Part shown: positions 27,263 to 34,687 of the stretch, one piece after another
How the letters are laid out: every line of letters starts with the position of its first letter
Numbering within the stretch: position 1 is the stretch's first letter
IMG/VR virus record: IMGVR_UViG_3300043932_000067
Span: 1 to 39,169 of that record
DNA: 39,169 nt
Strand: one strand, 5' to 3'
From: a virus
Lineage: Duplodnaviria > Caudoviricetes
Program-made: the position numbers and the translations under genes
The notes under the pieces: generated by a model
What the model saw: the letters and a program-made list of their open reading frames with translations, nothing else
What the model was told of the DNA's origin: nothing
The model's database searches: none

Positions 27263-27600
27263 GCGAGACGCAGAGGAAGGCCCTGTACGCCGCAGCGGCC
27301 GCGATCCTGGCCGCCCTCGGCGCATTCGGGATCGTCGACAGTGCTCAGACCGAGCAGGTGCTCGGCATCGTGTCCGGTGCCCTGACGCTGGCCATGGCAG
27401 TCGTGCCCGTCCTGGCGCACCGCAAGGTCGGCGTCGCCGGCGTCGGCGGAGGCGGAGCGTCCACCGATTCCGTCGAGCCGCTGGACGACCCCGGACTGCC
27501 CGGAGACGAGGTGCCCATCGACCATGCTGACGACGTGCCCGAGCACGCCGCCGAGGAGCCCTCCGTCATCCCCGACGGCGAGGGCGTCGCCACCAACTGA
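27259..27600 (+). CDS. holin (2 TM, acidic tail)
   Basis: GTG 27259 overlaps the endolysin stop. Sequence RKALYAAAAAILAALGAFGIV is followed by a second TM. Confidence 0.8.
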   Translation: MSETQRKALYAAAAAILAALGAFGIVDSAQTEQVLGIVSGALTLAMAVVPVLAHRKVGVAGVGGGGASTDSVEPLDDPGLPGDEVPIDHADDVPEHAAEEPSVIPDGEGVATN

Positions 27601-27609
27601 CCACCTACC

Positions 27610-27638
27610 GGCCCCCGCGCCACACCGACGCGGGGGCC
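27610..27638 (+). terminator. 10-bp hairpin after the holin gene
   Basis: GGCCCCCGCG/CGCGGGGGCC with no U-tract. Confidence 0.4.
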
Positions 27639-27663
27639 TCCACTTACGCATGAGGAGACTTCC

Positions 27664-28623
27664 ATGGCATCTGAGCCGCTTCCCTCCGATTTTCTGCCGT
27701 TCGGGCATGTGGTGGGGCGTGTGATCCGCGCCGTGGGCGACACGGACGCCGACCCTGACAGTGACCCTGAGGCGATCCCCGTCACCGGCACGGGTCTGGT
27801 CAGGTTCACGCCGCTGGAGCTGACGCGCGTGGTCACCGGCACTGTCCCGTCCACGTGGGTGCAGCAAGAGACCATCGCCGCCGACCTCGACTCGGAGGGA
27901 TTCATCGCCCTGTCTGGCGCGCGGGGGCTGCTGCTGTGGCCCGGCACATGGAAGGTCAGCGCAGGCTCCGCGTCGGCGTTCAGTTTCCCACAGTTCACCA
28001 TCGAGGTGACGGCCGCCCACACCGCCGACTCCCCGCTGGACCTGTGGACCGCCAGCCCCTATGTGCCGCCGTCCGGGACGACGGTGACCACGCTGGTGGT
28101 GCCCGCCGGTGCCGTCGCAGGTCAGATCCTCGGATGGGATGGGCAGGAGCTCGTGTGGGAGGCGCCACCGGCAGACGGAGCACCCGGCGAGCCGGGGCAT
28201 TCGCCGGTGCTGACGTGGCAGGGCGATCAGCTCGCGGTGGACGGGGTGGTGTCAGGCCCACACCTGACCGGGCCTGCCGTGGCCGACACCGGATTCCGCG
28301 ATATCAGGTCACTGCTGGCCACCGGCTGGACGGCCGCTGCCCTCAAGGTGCGGCGCTGGGGCGCCGTGGTGCATTTCATCGCCGTGGGACTGACAGCCGG
28401 ATCAGGCGCCACCACCAACGTCCTGACCACGCCCCTGCCGGCCGGATTCACGCCACCCCACTCCTCCCCTGCAACCGGATCCACCAGTGGAGGCGTCGGC
28501 TACATCACCGTCGGCAATGGAGGCACGATCACGGCCGCCACGACGACGGCCGTGTTCTCGGGAACCGCCGTGTGGACCACTACCGACCCATGGCCCACCA
28601 CACTCCCAGGAACCGCCGCCTGA
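27664..28623 (+). CDS. tail-fibre / minor tail-like protein located downstream of the lysis genes
   Basis: N-terminus GHVVGRVIRAVGDT.ADPD..P, short G-X-Y linker, and C-terminal DTGFRDI..LKVRRWG.VV..LP.GF.P fibre-tip-like domain. RBS GAGGAG. Confidence 0.65.
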   Translation: MASEPLPSDFLPFGHVVGRVIRAVGDTDADPDSDPEAIPVTGTGLVRFTPLELTRVVTGTVPSTWVQQETIAADLDSEGFIALSGARGLLLWPGTWKVSAGSASAFSFPQFTIEVTAAHTADSPLDLWTASPYVPPSGTTVTTLVVPAGAVAGQILGWDGQELVWEAPPADGAPGEPGHSPVLTWQGDQLAVDGVVSGPHLTGPAVADTGFRDIRSLLATGWTAAALKVRRWGAVVHFIAVGLTAGSGATTNVLTTPLPAGFTPPHSSPATGSTSGGVGYITVGNGGTITAATTTAVFSGTAVWTTTDPWPTTLPGTAA

Positions 28624-28632
28624 CCACACACT

Positions 28633-28670
28633 GCCGCCCCTCTCGCATTGCGCGGGAGGGGCGGCCTTTT
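28633..28670. terminator. intrinsic terminator ending the late operon (probably bidirectional)
   Basis: 14-bp stem 28633-28646/28652-28665 followed by CTTTT, between convergent genes. Confidence 0.75.
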
Positions 28671-28677
28671 CGTCGTC

Positions 28678-29070
28678 TCAGGCGTGTTTGCGGATCTTGG
28701 CGATCATCGTCTGCGACAGGCCGGTAACCTGCGCCAACCGGTAGGCCGATGTCGTGGTGGACCTGATCATCTCGTCGCGTCGGCGCTGCAGCTCCTCTGC
28801 CTCGGCCTGTGCCAGGCGCACCGCACCGGCAGCCTGAGAGAGCTGCCATTCGTGAGTGCTGAGCGGCTTGACGTTCAGGTCCCGGTGCCACATGTCGGCG
28901 GCCTTGCGCAGCTCAGTGCAGGGCCACACCTCACCGTCCGTGGGGCAGAAGCGCGGATTGCCCTCGACGTTGCCGCCACGGTCCCACCATTCGGAGGTCA
29001 TCGGCGCGGCGTGCTCGGCCTCAATCTTCTGCCACTGCCGCCTGTCCTCGTCGCTCCAGTTGCTGGTCAT
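28678..29070 (-). CDS. HTH DNA-binding protein with N-terminal CxxDxxxWPC motif
   Basis: C-terminal TSAYRLAQVTGLSQTMIAKIRK HTH and FCPTDGEVWPC motif. RBS GAGGA. Confidence 0.7.
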   Translation of the reverse strand: MTSNWSDEDRRQWQKIEAEHAAPMTSEWWDRGGNVEGNPRFCPTDGEVWPCTELRKAADMWHRDLNVKPLSTHEWQLSQAAGAVRLAQAEAEELQRRRDEMIRSTTTSAYRLAQVTGLSQTMIAKIRKHA

Positions 29071-29123
29071 GTCATGTCCTCTCAGTGTGGGGGCCGGTCG
29101 CCCGGCCCCCGGGTTTGATTGGT

Positions 29124-29330
29124 TCAGGCGTGTCGTGCGACGAACTCCTTGAGGCTGTCCATCGTCTTATTGAGGCGCCACCCGAAGGAGTTCCGGGTGA
29201 ACACCCGGTTGAACAGCCACGTGATGTCCTGGTCGCAGAGCTGCGGGAGGTTCTCCTCAAGATGCATCCGTGCCTCACCCTCGGTGCGGAAGGTTGGATG
29301 TCCGGCTCCAAGACTGTAGATCGTGCTCAT
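29124..29330 (-). CDS. small hypothetical protein (68 aa)
   Basis: RBS AAGGAG and ATG at 29330. First gene downstream of a sigma70-like promoter. Confidence 0.65.
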   Translation of the reverse strand: MSTIYSLGAGHPTFRTEGEARMHLEENLPQLCDQDITWLFNRVFTRNSFGWRLNKTMDSLKEFVARHA

Positions 29331-29368
29331 GTCGTGCTCCTTGGTGGTGGGTTCCGCTGACATGGTCA

Positions 29369-29408
29369 ATACTAAACCGGGTTGTGGGCCATGCGCAACC
29401 CGGTTTAG
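29369..29408 (-). promoter_or_regulatory. leftward promoter (TTGCGC-N18-TAGTAT) overlapped by a 13-bp inverted-repeat operator
   Basis: Inverted repeat CTAAACCGGGTTG(29372-29384)-N11-CAACCCGGTTTAG(29396-29408), with -35 and -10 read on the minus strand. Confidence 0.65.
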
Positions 29409-29431
29409 CAAACTGGGCCAGACCGCCCTCC

Positions 29432-29656
29432 CCCGTGTCGCTCTGGTGTCGCTGCGGAACCGGACATGGCACGACATGACGGGACATGACGGGACGCCAT
29501 GAGAGCGACACCAGCGGCAACGATGCACGCTCAGCCCCTAGTGGGAGTGGATTTGTGGGGACGAGCCACCCTGTGAGCCGGGCACAGTCCGAAGGCGGTC
29601 GCTCCCCTAGTCAGCGCCCAGTCGGAAATCCCGTGTCGCTCCCTTGTCGCTGACGG
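29432..29656. other. attP region with integrase arm-type sites and Xis-like 10-bp repeats
   Basis: CCCGTGTCGCTC-N3-TGTCGCTG at 29432-29454 and 29630-29652, with an inverted copy at 29503-29518. A 10-bp-period GACATGAC repeat spans 29461-29500. Adjacent to the 3' end of int. Confidence 0.7.
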
Positions 29657-30758
29657 CTGCCATCGCGTCATCGAAGACCGCCGCCGCCTGCGCATCGTCA
29701 CTGGGCCACAGATGGCTGTACGTCCGCAGCGTCTCGGCCACGTCGGCATGCCCCAGCCTGTCCGCCACCGCCCGAGGGGACATGCCAGAGTGGATCAGCA
29801 GCGACGCATGCAGATGACGCAAGCAGTGCCATCCCGTCCGCTCCGGGAATCCCATGCCCGCCGTCGCATTGCGCCACCCCTCCCCCGCAGCTCGCGGTGA
29901 GATCGGTCCGTCCCAGCGGGTCCGCGAATGCCACACCAGACCCTCGGCGCCGGGGCCCCACCGCTCCAGCTGCTCGGCCAGCGCATCCGCCACCGAGTCG
30001 CCGACCGTCACCGTGCGCGGCCGGCGGTTCTTCACCGGCCCCCATGACAGTCCCGACCCACGCGCCAGCTGACGGTCCACCGTGATCACCCGCCCCGAGA
30101 TCCGGTCCCACGTCAGGCCCCGCAGCTCGGCCGATCGCATCCCGGTCCCCGCCGCTACTGTCACCATCGTCTGAAGGCGGGGTGTCATCGCCTGCCGGAT
30201 CGCTACCACCTGGGCCAGCGTCGGGAAGAACTGCACCGGACGCTCGACTGAGGGCAACCTCACGCCAGTGCATGGGTTCCGATCGATCAGGCCATCTGCG
30301 ACCGCCTGCCCCATCGGACCAGACAGCCACCCCCACCGCGCCCTGATCGTGGACGCCGCCCACGTGCCCGCCCACTCCGTGACGGCAGCCTGCACACGGG
30401 CACGGGTCAGCGACTGCACCGTCTCACCCCGCAGGGACGGCAGGATCATCCCGTCAATGGCGATCGACGCCGACTCCCGCGTCGCACCGGACCAGTGCAG
30501 CTGCCCGGCCGCCCAGTCGTGCAGCCAGCGGTCCAGCGGGACGGGGCCGGACTGAGCCTGCCTCCCATCGCGATCGCGGACCACCTTCTCGGCCTCGTCC
30601 TTCGACGTGCAGGCCCTCGCCTGCCGCTTCCCCGCGGCGTCGGTCCAGACAGCCTGCCAGCGCTTCCCGCGACCCCAGCGGGCATTGTGGACGCGGCGCG
30701 GTCGCGCGTCCGGACCGTCGGGGTTCGCGTCCGTCCAGCGGTCGCGGATGTATGGCAC
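29607..30758 (-). CDS. int: tyrosine integrase
   Basis: Catalytic motifs GTGMRSAEL (R), K in PVKN, HCLRH, LGH and TLRTY. N-terminal arm-binding-like RWQAVWTD..GK. Confidence 0.95.
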   Translation of the reverse strand: MPYIRDRWTDANPDGPDARPRRVHNARWGRGKRWQAVWTDAAGKRQARACTSKDEAEKVVRDRDGRQAQSGPVPLDRWLHDWAAGQLHWSGATRESASIAIDGMILPSLRGETVQSLTRARVQAAVTEWAGTWAASTIRARWGWLSGPMGQAVADGLIDRNPCTGVRLPSVERPVQFFPTLAQVVAIRQAMTPRLQTMVTVAAGTGMRSAELRGLTWDRISGRVITVDRQLARGSGLSWGPVKNRRPRTVTVGDSVADALAEQLERWGPGAEGLVWHSRTRWDGPISPRAAGEGWRNATAGMGFPERTGWHCLRHLHASLLIHSGMSPRAVADRLGHADVAETLRTYSHLWPSDDAQAAAVFDDAMAAVSDKGATRDFRLGAD

Positions 30759-30773
30759 CGATCTCCTCCAATC

Positions 30774-30812
30774 ACACGGCCCCTCGCAGCGCTGAGCTGC
30801 GAGGGGCCGTGT
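30774..30812. terminator. 17-bp perfect hairpin between the lipoprotein gene and the integrase
   Basis: ACACGGCCCCTCGCAGC(30774-30790)-GCTGA-GCTGCGAGGGGCCGTGT(30796-30812). Confidence 0.65.
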
Positions 30813-30824
30813 TCGTCGTCTGTG

Positions 30825-31403
30825 TCACGGCTCGTTGGTGAAGATGGCGATCATCCCGCCCAGATTCGCCGAGTCCAGCTCGTATGTGAGACGGCCTTGC
30901 GCGTCGGCCCCGCACTGCATCTTGTAGACCCGCGTGCGCCCCGGAAGGATGGTCCCGCCGAAGTCCTGACCCGTCAGCGCGCAGGTCGACTCGGCCTGCC
31001 CCACCGTCACCTGCTCTGAAAGGCCGTCAGTCTCAATGGGGTTCTTCGTCAGGTTCTCAAGGGAGACGGTGAAGTAGACCCAACGCTTCACTGCTGGATC
31101 GAGCTGCATGCTGTCGCGGTCGTCGGCAGATATCTCCTCGCCAGGGGTGACCTTCGAGAAGGTGAACTTGCCCATCCCCTCCGAATCCTTGAAGGACTCC
31201 CCGAACTGGTGCACCTGGCTGTTCGCGCCAGGGTAGGCGGCGTCACTGGTGCTCGGGGTGGCCGAATCGGTGTCATTCGCCGATGATGCCGAGCTCGCGG
31301 CCACGGCGACGGTCTTGGTGGGCTGGGATGACGTGCTGCTGCCGCAGGCCGTCAGAGCTGGGATGATGGCGAGCACTGCCAGAGCGGCCGCTTTCCGGAA
31401 CAT
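30825..31403 (-). CDS. lipoprotein (DUF4352/Ig-like; possible superinfection exclusion)
   Basis: RBS AAGGAG. Signal peptide MFRKAAALAVLAIIPALTA-C (lipobox), Ser/Thr linker, and FTVSLENLT..GTILPG. Located in the immunity cassette. Confidence 0.8.
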   Translation of the reverse strand: MFRKAAALAVLAIIPALTACGSSTSSQPTKTVAVAASSASSANDTDSATPSTSDAAYPGANSQVHQFGESFKDSEGMGKFTFSKVTPGEEISADDRDSMQLDPAVKRWVYFTVSLENLTKNPIETDGLSEQVTVGQAESTCALTGQDFGGTILPGRTRVYKMQCGADAQGRLTYELDSANLGGMIAIFTNEP

Positions 31404-31455
31404 TCGTGTCTCCTTGGGATGGAAGGGCGCCGCCATGGCGTCCACGATGATGGTC

Positions 31456-31890
31456 TCACAGCCGTCCGACAGCCCGGACAGCGTCCTCGATCTGGGCGCG
31501 CTCGCTGTCACTCAGACAGGCGACGCGCGCTCGCAGCGTCGCCACATCCACCCAGCACTCCTCGGCCACCTCGCCGGGCCACTGCGACCACTGCACCGCC
31601 GAGACTAGATGCTGCACATCCACCAGACGCCGGGCTGCCTCAGCCTCGACGTCGCGCTCCTCGATACGCCGCAGCCGAGGATCCGACGACACCGGCCCCC
31701 GCTCCAGATGCACCAGCTCGTGCGCGATCGTCGAGCGCCGCCCCGCCTGATCCAGACGCCGCGACACCTGGACCAGGCCAGCCGGGAAGTCTGTGCGCCC
31801 CTGAACATGCTCGGGCAGGTCAGCCATCTCCAGCACCCACTCCTCGGCGCCCCGGAAGTCGCGCCACGGGTGATATCGGTCAGTCCTCAT
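31456..31890 (-). CDS. ImmA/IrrE-family metallopeptidase (anti-repressor protease)
   Basis: Motif RRSTIAHELVH (HExxH)...EERDVEAEAARRLV. Adjacent to the repressor. Confidence 0.88.
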   Translation of the reverse strand: MRTDRYHPWRDFRGAEEWVLEMADLPEHVQGRTDFPAGLVQVSRRLDQAGRRSTIAHELVHLERGPVSSDPRLRRIEERDVEAEAARRLVDVQHLVSAVQWSQWPGEVAEECWVDVATLRARVACLSDSERAQIEDAVRAVGRL

Positions 31891-32329
31891 CGTCCCTCCT
31901 CGCCGCCATTGGCTCCTGTCCCGGGCCTACAGGACCCGGCCGACGAAACCGGCGCACGTTGACCTCGTCGCCGCTCTTCTCAGCCTCAGATCGCCCATCG
32001 TCACTGACCTCCTCGCTGTCGTGGGTCACGGCCCGGATCAGCTCATCGAGAGCAGCCCGGGCCCTGGGATTCAGCCTGTGCGCCTCAGCCGGTGGAGTCC
32101 ACGGTCCCCAGTCGGACAGCGGTACGCCCGCCCACCTGTAGATCGTCGCCTCGTCGACCCTCAGCGCCTGTGCGACCCTGCCGACCGTCTGCGGGCTCGT
32201 GCGCCCCTCGACGATCAGCCGCCGCACAGTGACATGCGAGACGCCGGCCGCCTCACCGATCCCGCGGTACGTCTGCCTGACGCCCACCCTCTCGGCCGCC
32301 GCGTTCCACGGCTCGGTCAGCTCTCCCAT
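31880..32329 (-). CDS. immunity repressor (XRE-type HTH, ImmR-like)
   Basis: HTH TYRGIGEAAGVSHVTVRRLI...VAQALRV. Divergent from cro and upstream of immA. Confidence 0.8.
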   Translation of the reverse strand: MGELTEPWNAAAERVGVRQTYRGIGEAAGVSHVTVRRLIVEGRTSPQTVGRVAQALRVDEATIYRWAGVPLSDWGPWTPPAEAHRLNPRARAALDELIRAVTHDSEEVSDDGRSEAEKSGDEVNVRRFRRPGPVGPGQEPMAARRDDED

Positions 32330-32516
32330 GTCCACACCTCAACTGTCCACGCGGGGGGTTCAGCACGCCCTAGGTCGGTTGGACGCGCTGTCCACAAACT
32401 ACACCGGCGATACTCGCCCAGCCCGCCCATCCGGCCGACAAGGACAGATAGACGGATTGGACGAACCCGTCCAAAATAAAGTTGACGTGGTCCATGGATC
32501 GTGTACCGTAGTCCAC
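32329..32516. promoter_or_regulatory. lysis/lysogeny switch: divergent promoters with repeated TGGAC/GTCCA operator half-sites
   Basis: TGTCCAC at 32329, 32344 and 32389. TTGGAC..GTCCAC at 32379-32395. Perfect inverted repeat TTGGACG-AACC-CGTCCAA at 32457-32474. Rightward TTGACG(32482)-N16-TACCGT(32504). Confidence 0.65.
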
Positions 32517-32801
32517 ATGAAACCCATTCAGCTCTACATCGGAGGGAGGCTCGACGTGCGACTCATTAGTGCCCAGGCGCTCAGGCAGTACATGGCGTTC
32601 CGCGGCTACTCCGTGCGCACGCTGGCCGAGAAGGTCGGCGTCTCGCACGGGACCATCGGCTGGCTCACGTCCGGCCGCCGCGACACCACCAAGGCCGAGA
32701 CCGCCCGAGCCATCGCCAAGGCGCTGGACTGCCCCGTCGACGCGCTCTTTGTCGTCGACGGAGTGGTTCACGGTTCACGAACCATCAGGAGCGTGGCCTG
32801 A
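32517..32801 (+). CDS. Cro-like HTH protein
   Basis: HTH SVRTLAEKVGVSHGTIGWLTSG...IAKALDC. ATG lies 7 nt after the -10 box, so possibly leaderless. Confidence 0.82.
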   Translation: MKPIQLYIGGRLDVRLISAQALRQYMAFRGYSVRTLAEKVGVSHGTIGWLTSGRRDTTKAETARAIAKALDCPVDALFVVDGVVHGSRTIRSVA

Positions 32802-32878
32802 TGACCGCCCAGAACGCAGCGACGCCGCGCCCCCGGCAGGGCACGGCGTCAGGAACCAACTCAGAGATCGGAGATTCC

Positions 32879-33661
32879 ATGTCCATCATCCCATTCCAGT
32901 ACGAAGGCGCACCAGTCCGCGTGGTCGAGCACGACGGCGAGCCTTGGTTCGTCGCCAAGGACGTCTGCGACGTGCTGAGCATCGCCAACAGCCGCGACGC
33001 GCTCGCCCGCCTCGATGACGACGAGAAGGGTGTCGGTACTGCCGACACCCCCGGTGGAATCCAGCAGGTGGCGATCATCTCCGAGCCCGGCGTGTATGCC
33101 GTCGCGATGACCAGCCGGAAGCCTCAGGCCAAGCCATTCGTGCACTGGCTCTCCCACGATGTCATCCCATCCATCCGCAAGCGCGGGGTCTACGCCACCG
33201 AGGACATGGCCGAGCGGATGCTCGCAGATCCGGACGTGATGATCCGGGCACTCACCGAGCTCAAGGAGGAGCGGGCCAAGCGTGCCCAGCTCGAAGCACA
33301 GGCCGAGACAGACCGGCCCAAGGTGCTGTTCGCCGACGCGGTCTCCACCGCACACACCTCGGTGCTGGTCGGCGACCTGGCGAAGATCCTCAAGGGCAAC
33401 GGCATCGACATCGGCGCTAACAGGCTCTTCAAGATCCTCAGAGACAAGGGCTACCTGATCCGCAGGCAGGGCAGCGACTGGAACATGCCGACCCAGCGGT
33501 CCATGGATCTGGGCCTGTTCAAGGTCAAGGAGACCAGCGTCGTCCACTCCGACGGCCACACCACCATCAACAAGACCCCGAAGGTCACCGGCAAGGGTCA
33601 GGCATACTTCGTGGACCGCTTCCTCTCCGGCCGCATCAACGACGACGAGGCGGTGGCGTGA
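32879..33661 (+). CDS. phage antirepressor (BRO-N plus ANT/KilAC)
   Basis: Motifs EPWFVAKDVCDVL, ISEPGVY, VIPSIRKRG.Y, PKVLFADAV and KVTGKGQ.YF. RBS GGAG; alternative start at 32801. Confidence 0.92.
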   Translation: MSIIPFQYEGAPVRVVEHDGEPWFVAKDVCDVLSIANSRDALARLDDDEKGVGTADTPGGIQQVAIISEPGVYAVAMTSRKPQAKPFVHWLSHDVIPSIRKRGVYATEDMAERMLADPDVMIRALTELKEERAKRAQLEAQAETDRPKVLFADAVSTAHTSVLVGDLAKILKGNGIDIGANRLFKILRDKGYLIRRQGSDWNMPTQRSMDLGLFKVKETSVVHSDGHTTINKTPKVTGKGQAYFVDRFLSGRINDDEAVA

Positions 33662-33945
33662 TGTCCCTCATCAAGGGGTGCCTCTCCCGCACTGCCACCA
33701 CCGCCGCCGACATGGACGCCGCCCGCGCCGAGCAGACCCCGGCCGCCGACTCCCACCGCCTCAACTCCGAGTGCGACGAGGCCACCCGCGACGTCCTCCT
33801 CAAGGCCTCCGTCCTGGTCGACATGGCCGGCAAGGGATGGGACCTCAAAGCCCGGCATTTCGACTCTCTGCGTGAGGCCGTGCATCGCCGCGACGCAGCC
33901 ATCGCAGCCAAGCGCGCCGCACGAGAGCACAGGAGCAACGCATGA
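33658..33945 (+). CDS. hypothetical protein
   Basis: Translationally coupled to its neighbours. Confidence 0.6.
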   Translation: MMSLIKGCLSRTATTAADMDAARAEQTPAADSHRLNSECDEATRDVLLKASVLVDMAGKGWDLKARHFDSLREAVHRRDAAIAAKRAAREHRSNA

Positions 33946-34553
33946 GCACCCACGACGTCACAGTGACCGGTGGGACGGTAACCACGAGATTCGGCATCGC
34001 CCCCATCGGCCAGAGCAAGACCGTCTGGGCCGACGGGTGGCGAGCCGGTGAACGCTATGCGGAAGCCCGCGCAGCCGCAGATCGAGCCGAACGTCTCAAG
34101 TCAACGGATCTCAGCATCATTGAGCTGGCCCTCAAGGTCTGCGACCGCCCAGGCGACTGCGGCGATGATGCCATCAACATCATCATCACGGCAGCGGCTG
34201 ATGCCATCCAGCATGTTGCTCGTGATCGGGAGGCGCTCGCTGAAGCGCGGGTCGCTGTCGGTGATCCAAGCACTCCCGTCGAATCTGGCGCTGAGCTGAA
34301 GTTTCACAATGACTCCTCTACTGGTGATGGCCCGGCTGCCACCGAGCACACCGACAGCGTAGAGGTGACAGCTCGCCGGGGTCACGACTCCGACCCCGGC
34401 GAGCTGGGGGACCTGGCGCAGGCGTGGCGCGACGTCGTCACCGACTACGCCGCCGGCCGCCTCCAGGTCACCGTCTCATCCATCGACGCGGACGCCCACT
34501 GGTGCCGCCTCCACCGCCTCATGCAGGCCCACACCGGCGAGGCGAGGTCATGA
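33942..34553 (+). CDS. hypothetical protein
   Basis: RBS AGGAG and ATGA coupling at both ends. Confidence 0.6.
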   Translation: MSTHDVTVTGGTVTTRFGIAPIGQSKTVWADGWRAGERYAEARAAADRAERLKSTDLSIIELALKVCDRPGDCGDDAINIIITAAADAIQHVARDREALAEARVAVGDPSTPVESGAELKFHNDSSTGDGPAATEHTDSVEVTARRGHDSDPGELGDLAQAWRDVVTDYAAGRLQVTVSSIDADAHWCRLHRLMQAHTGEARS

Positions 34554-34687
34554 CCCGCACCATCCTCGCCACCGCCGGCGCCGCAGGCCTCATCGTCGCC
34601 GCACTCGCATCCCTGGCCATCGATGCCCTCCTGCACGACCTCGAGGACAGCGTCGAGACCTACGGCGACTGGGAGGTCGGACTGTGA
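34550..34687 (+). CDS. small membrane protein
   Basis: MTRTILATAGAAGLIVAALASLAI TM segment; coupled start. Confidence 0.55.
   Translation: MTRTILATAGAAGLIVAALASLAIDALLHDLEDSVETYGDWEVGL

Noticed and set aside
22311-28623. Diversity-generating retroelement or invertible tail-fibre shufflon
   Set aside because: No reverse transcriptase, no TR/VR pair, and no invertase or inverted crossover sites found in the window.
29372-29408. 13-bp inverted repeat as a loxP/dif-like recombination core
   Set aside because: The 11-bp spacer is too long for a tyrosine recombinase overlap, it lies outside the arm sites, and it overlays a promoter, so an operator is more likely.
29555-29605. SRP RNA or ribozyme-like sequence (CCTGTGA..CCGAAGGC) in the att core region
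   Set aside because: Only superficial similarity. The conserved SRP CAGG-GNRA-AGCA helix and the hammerhead core are absent.
29607-29640. ssrA-like degradation tag on the integrase C-terminus (TRDFRLGAD)
   Set aside because: It resembles actinobacterial tags but ends in Asp rather than Ala-Ala, and the sequence is constrained by overlapping arm sites.
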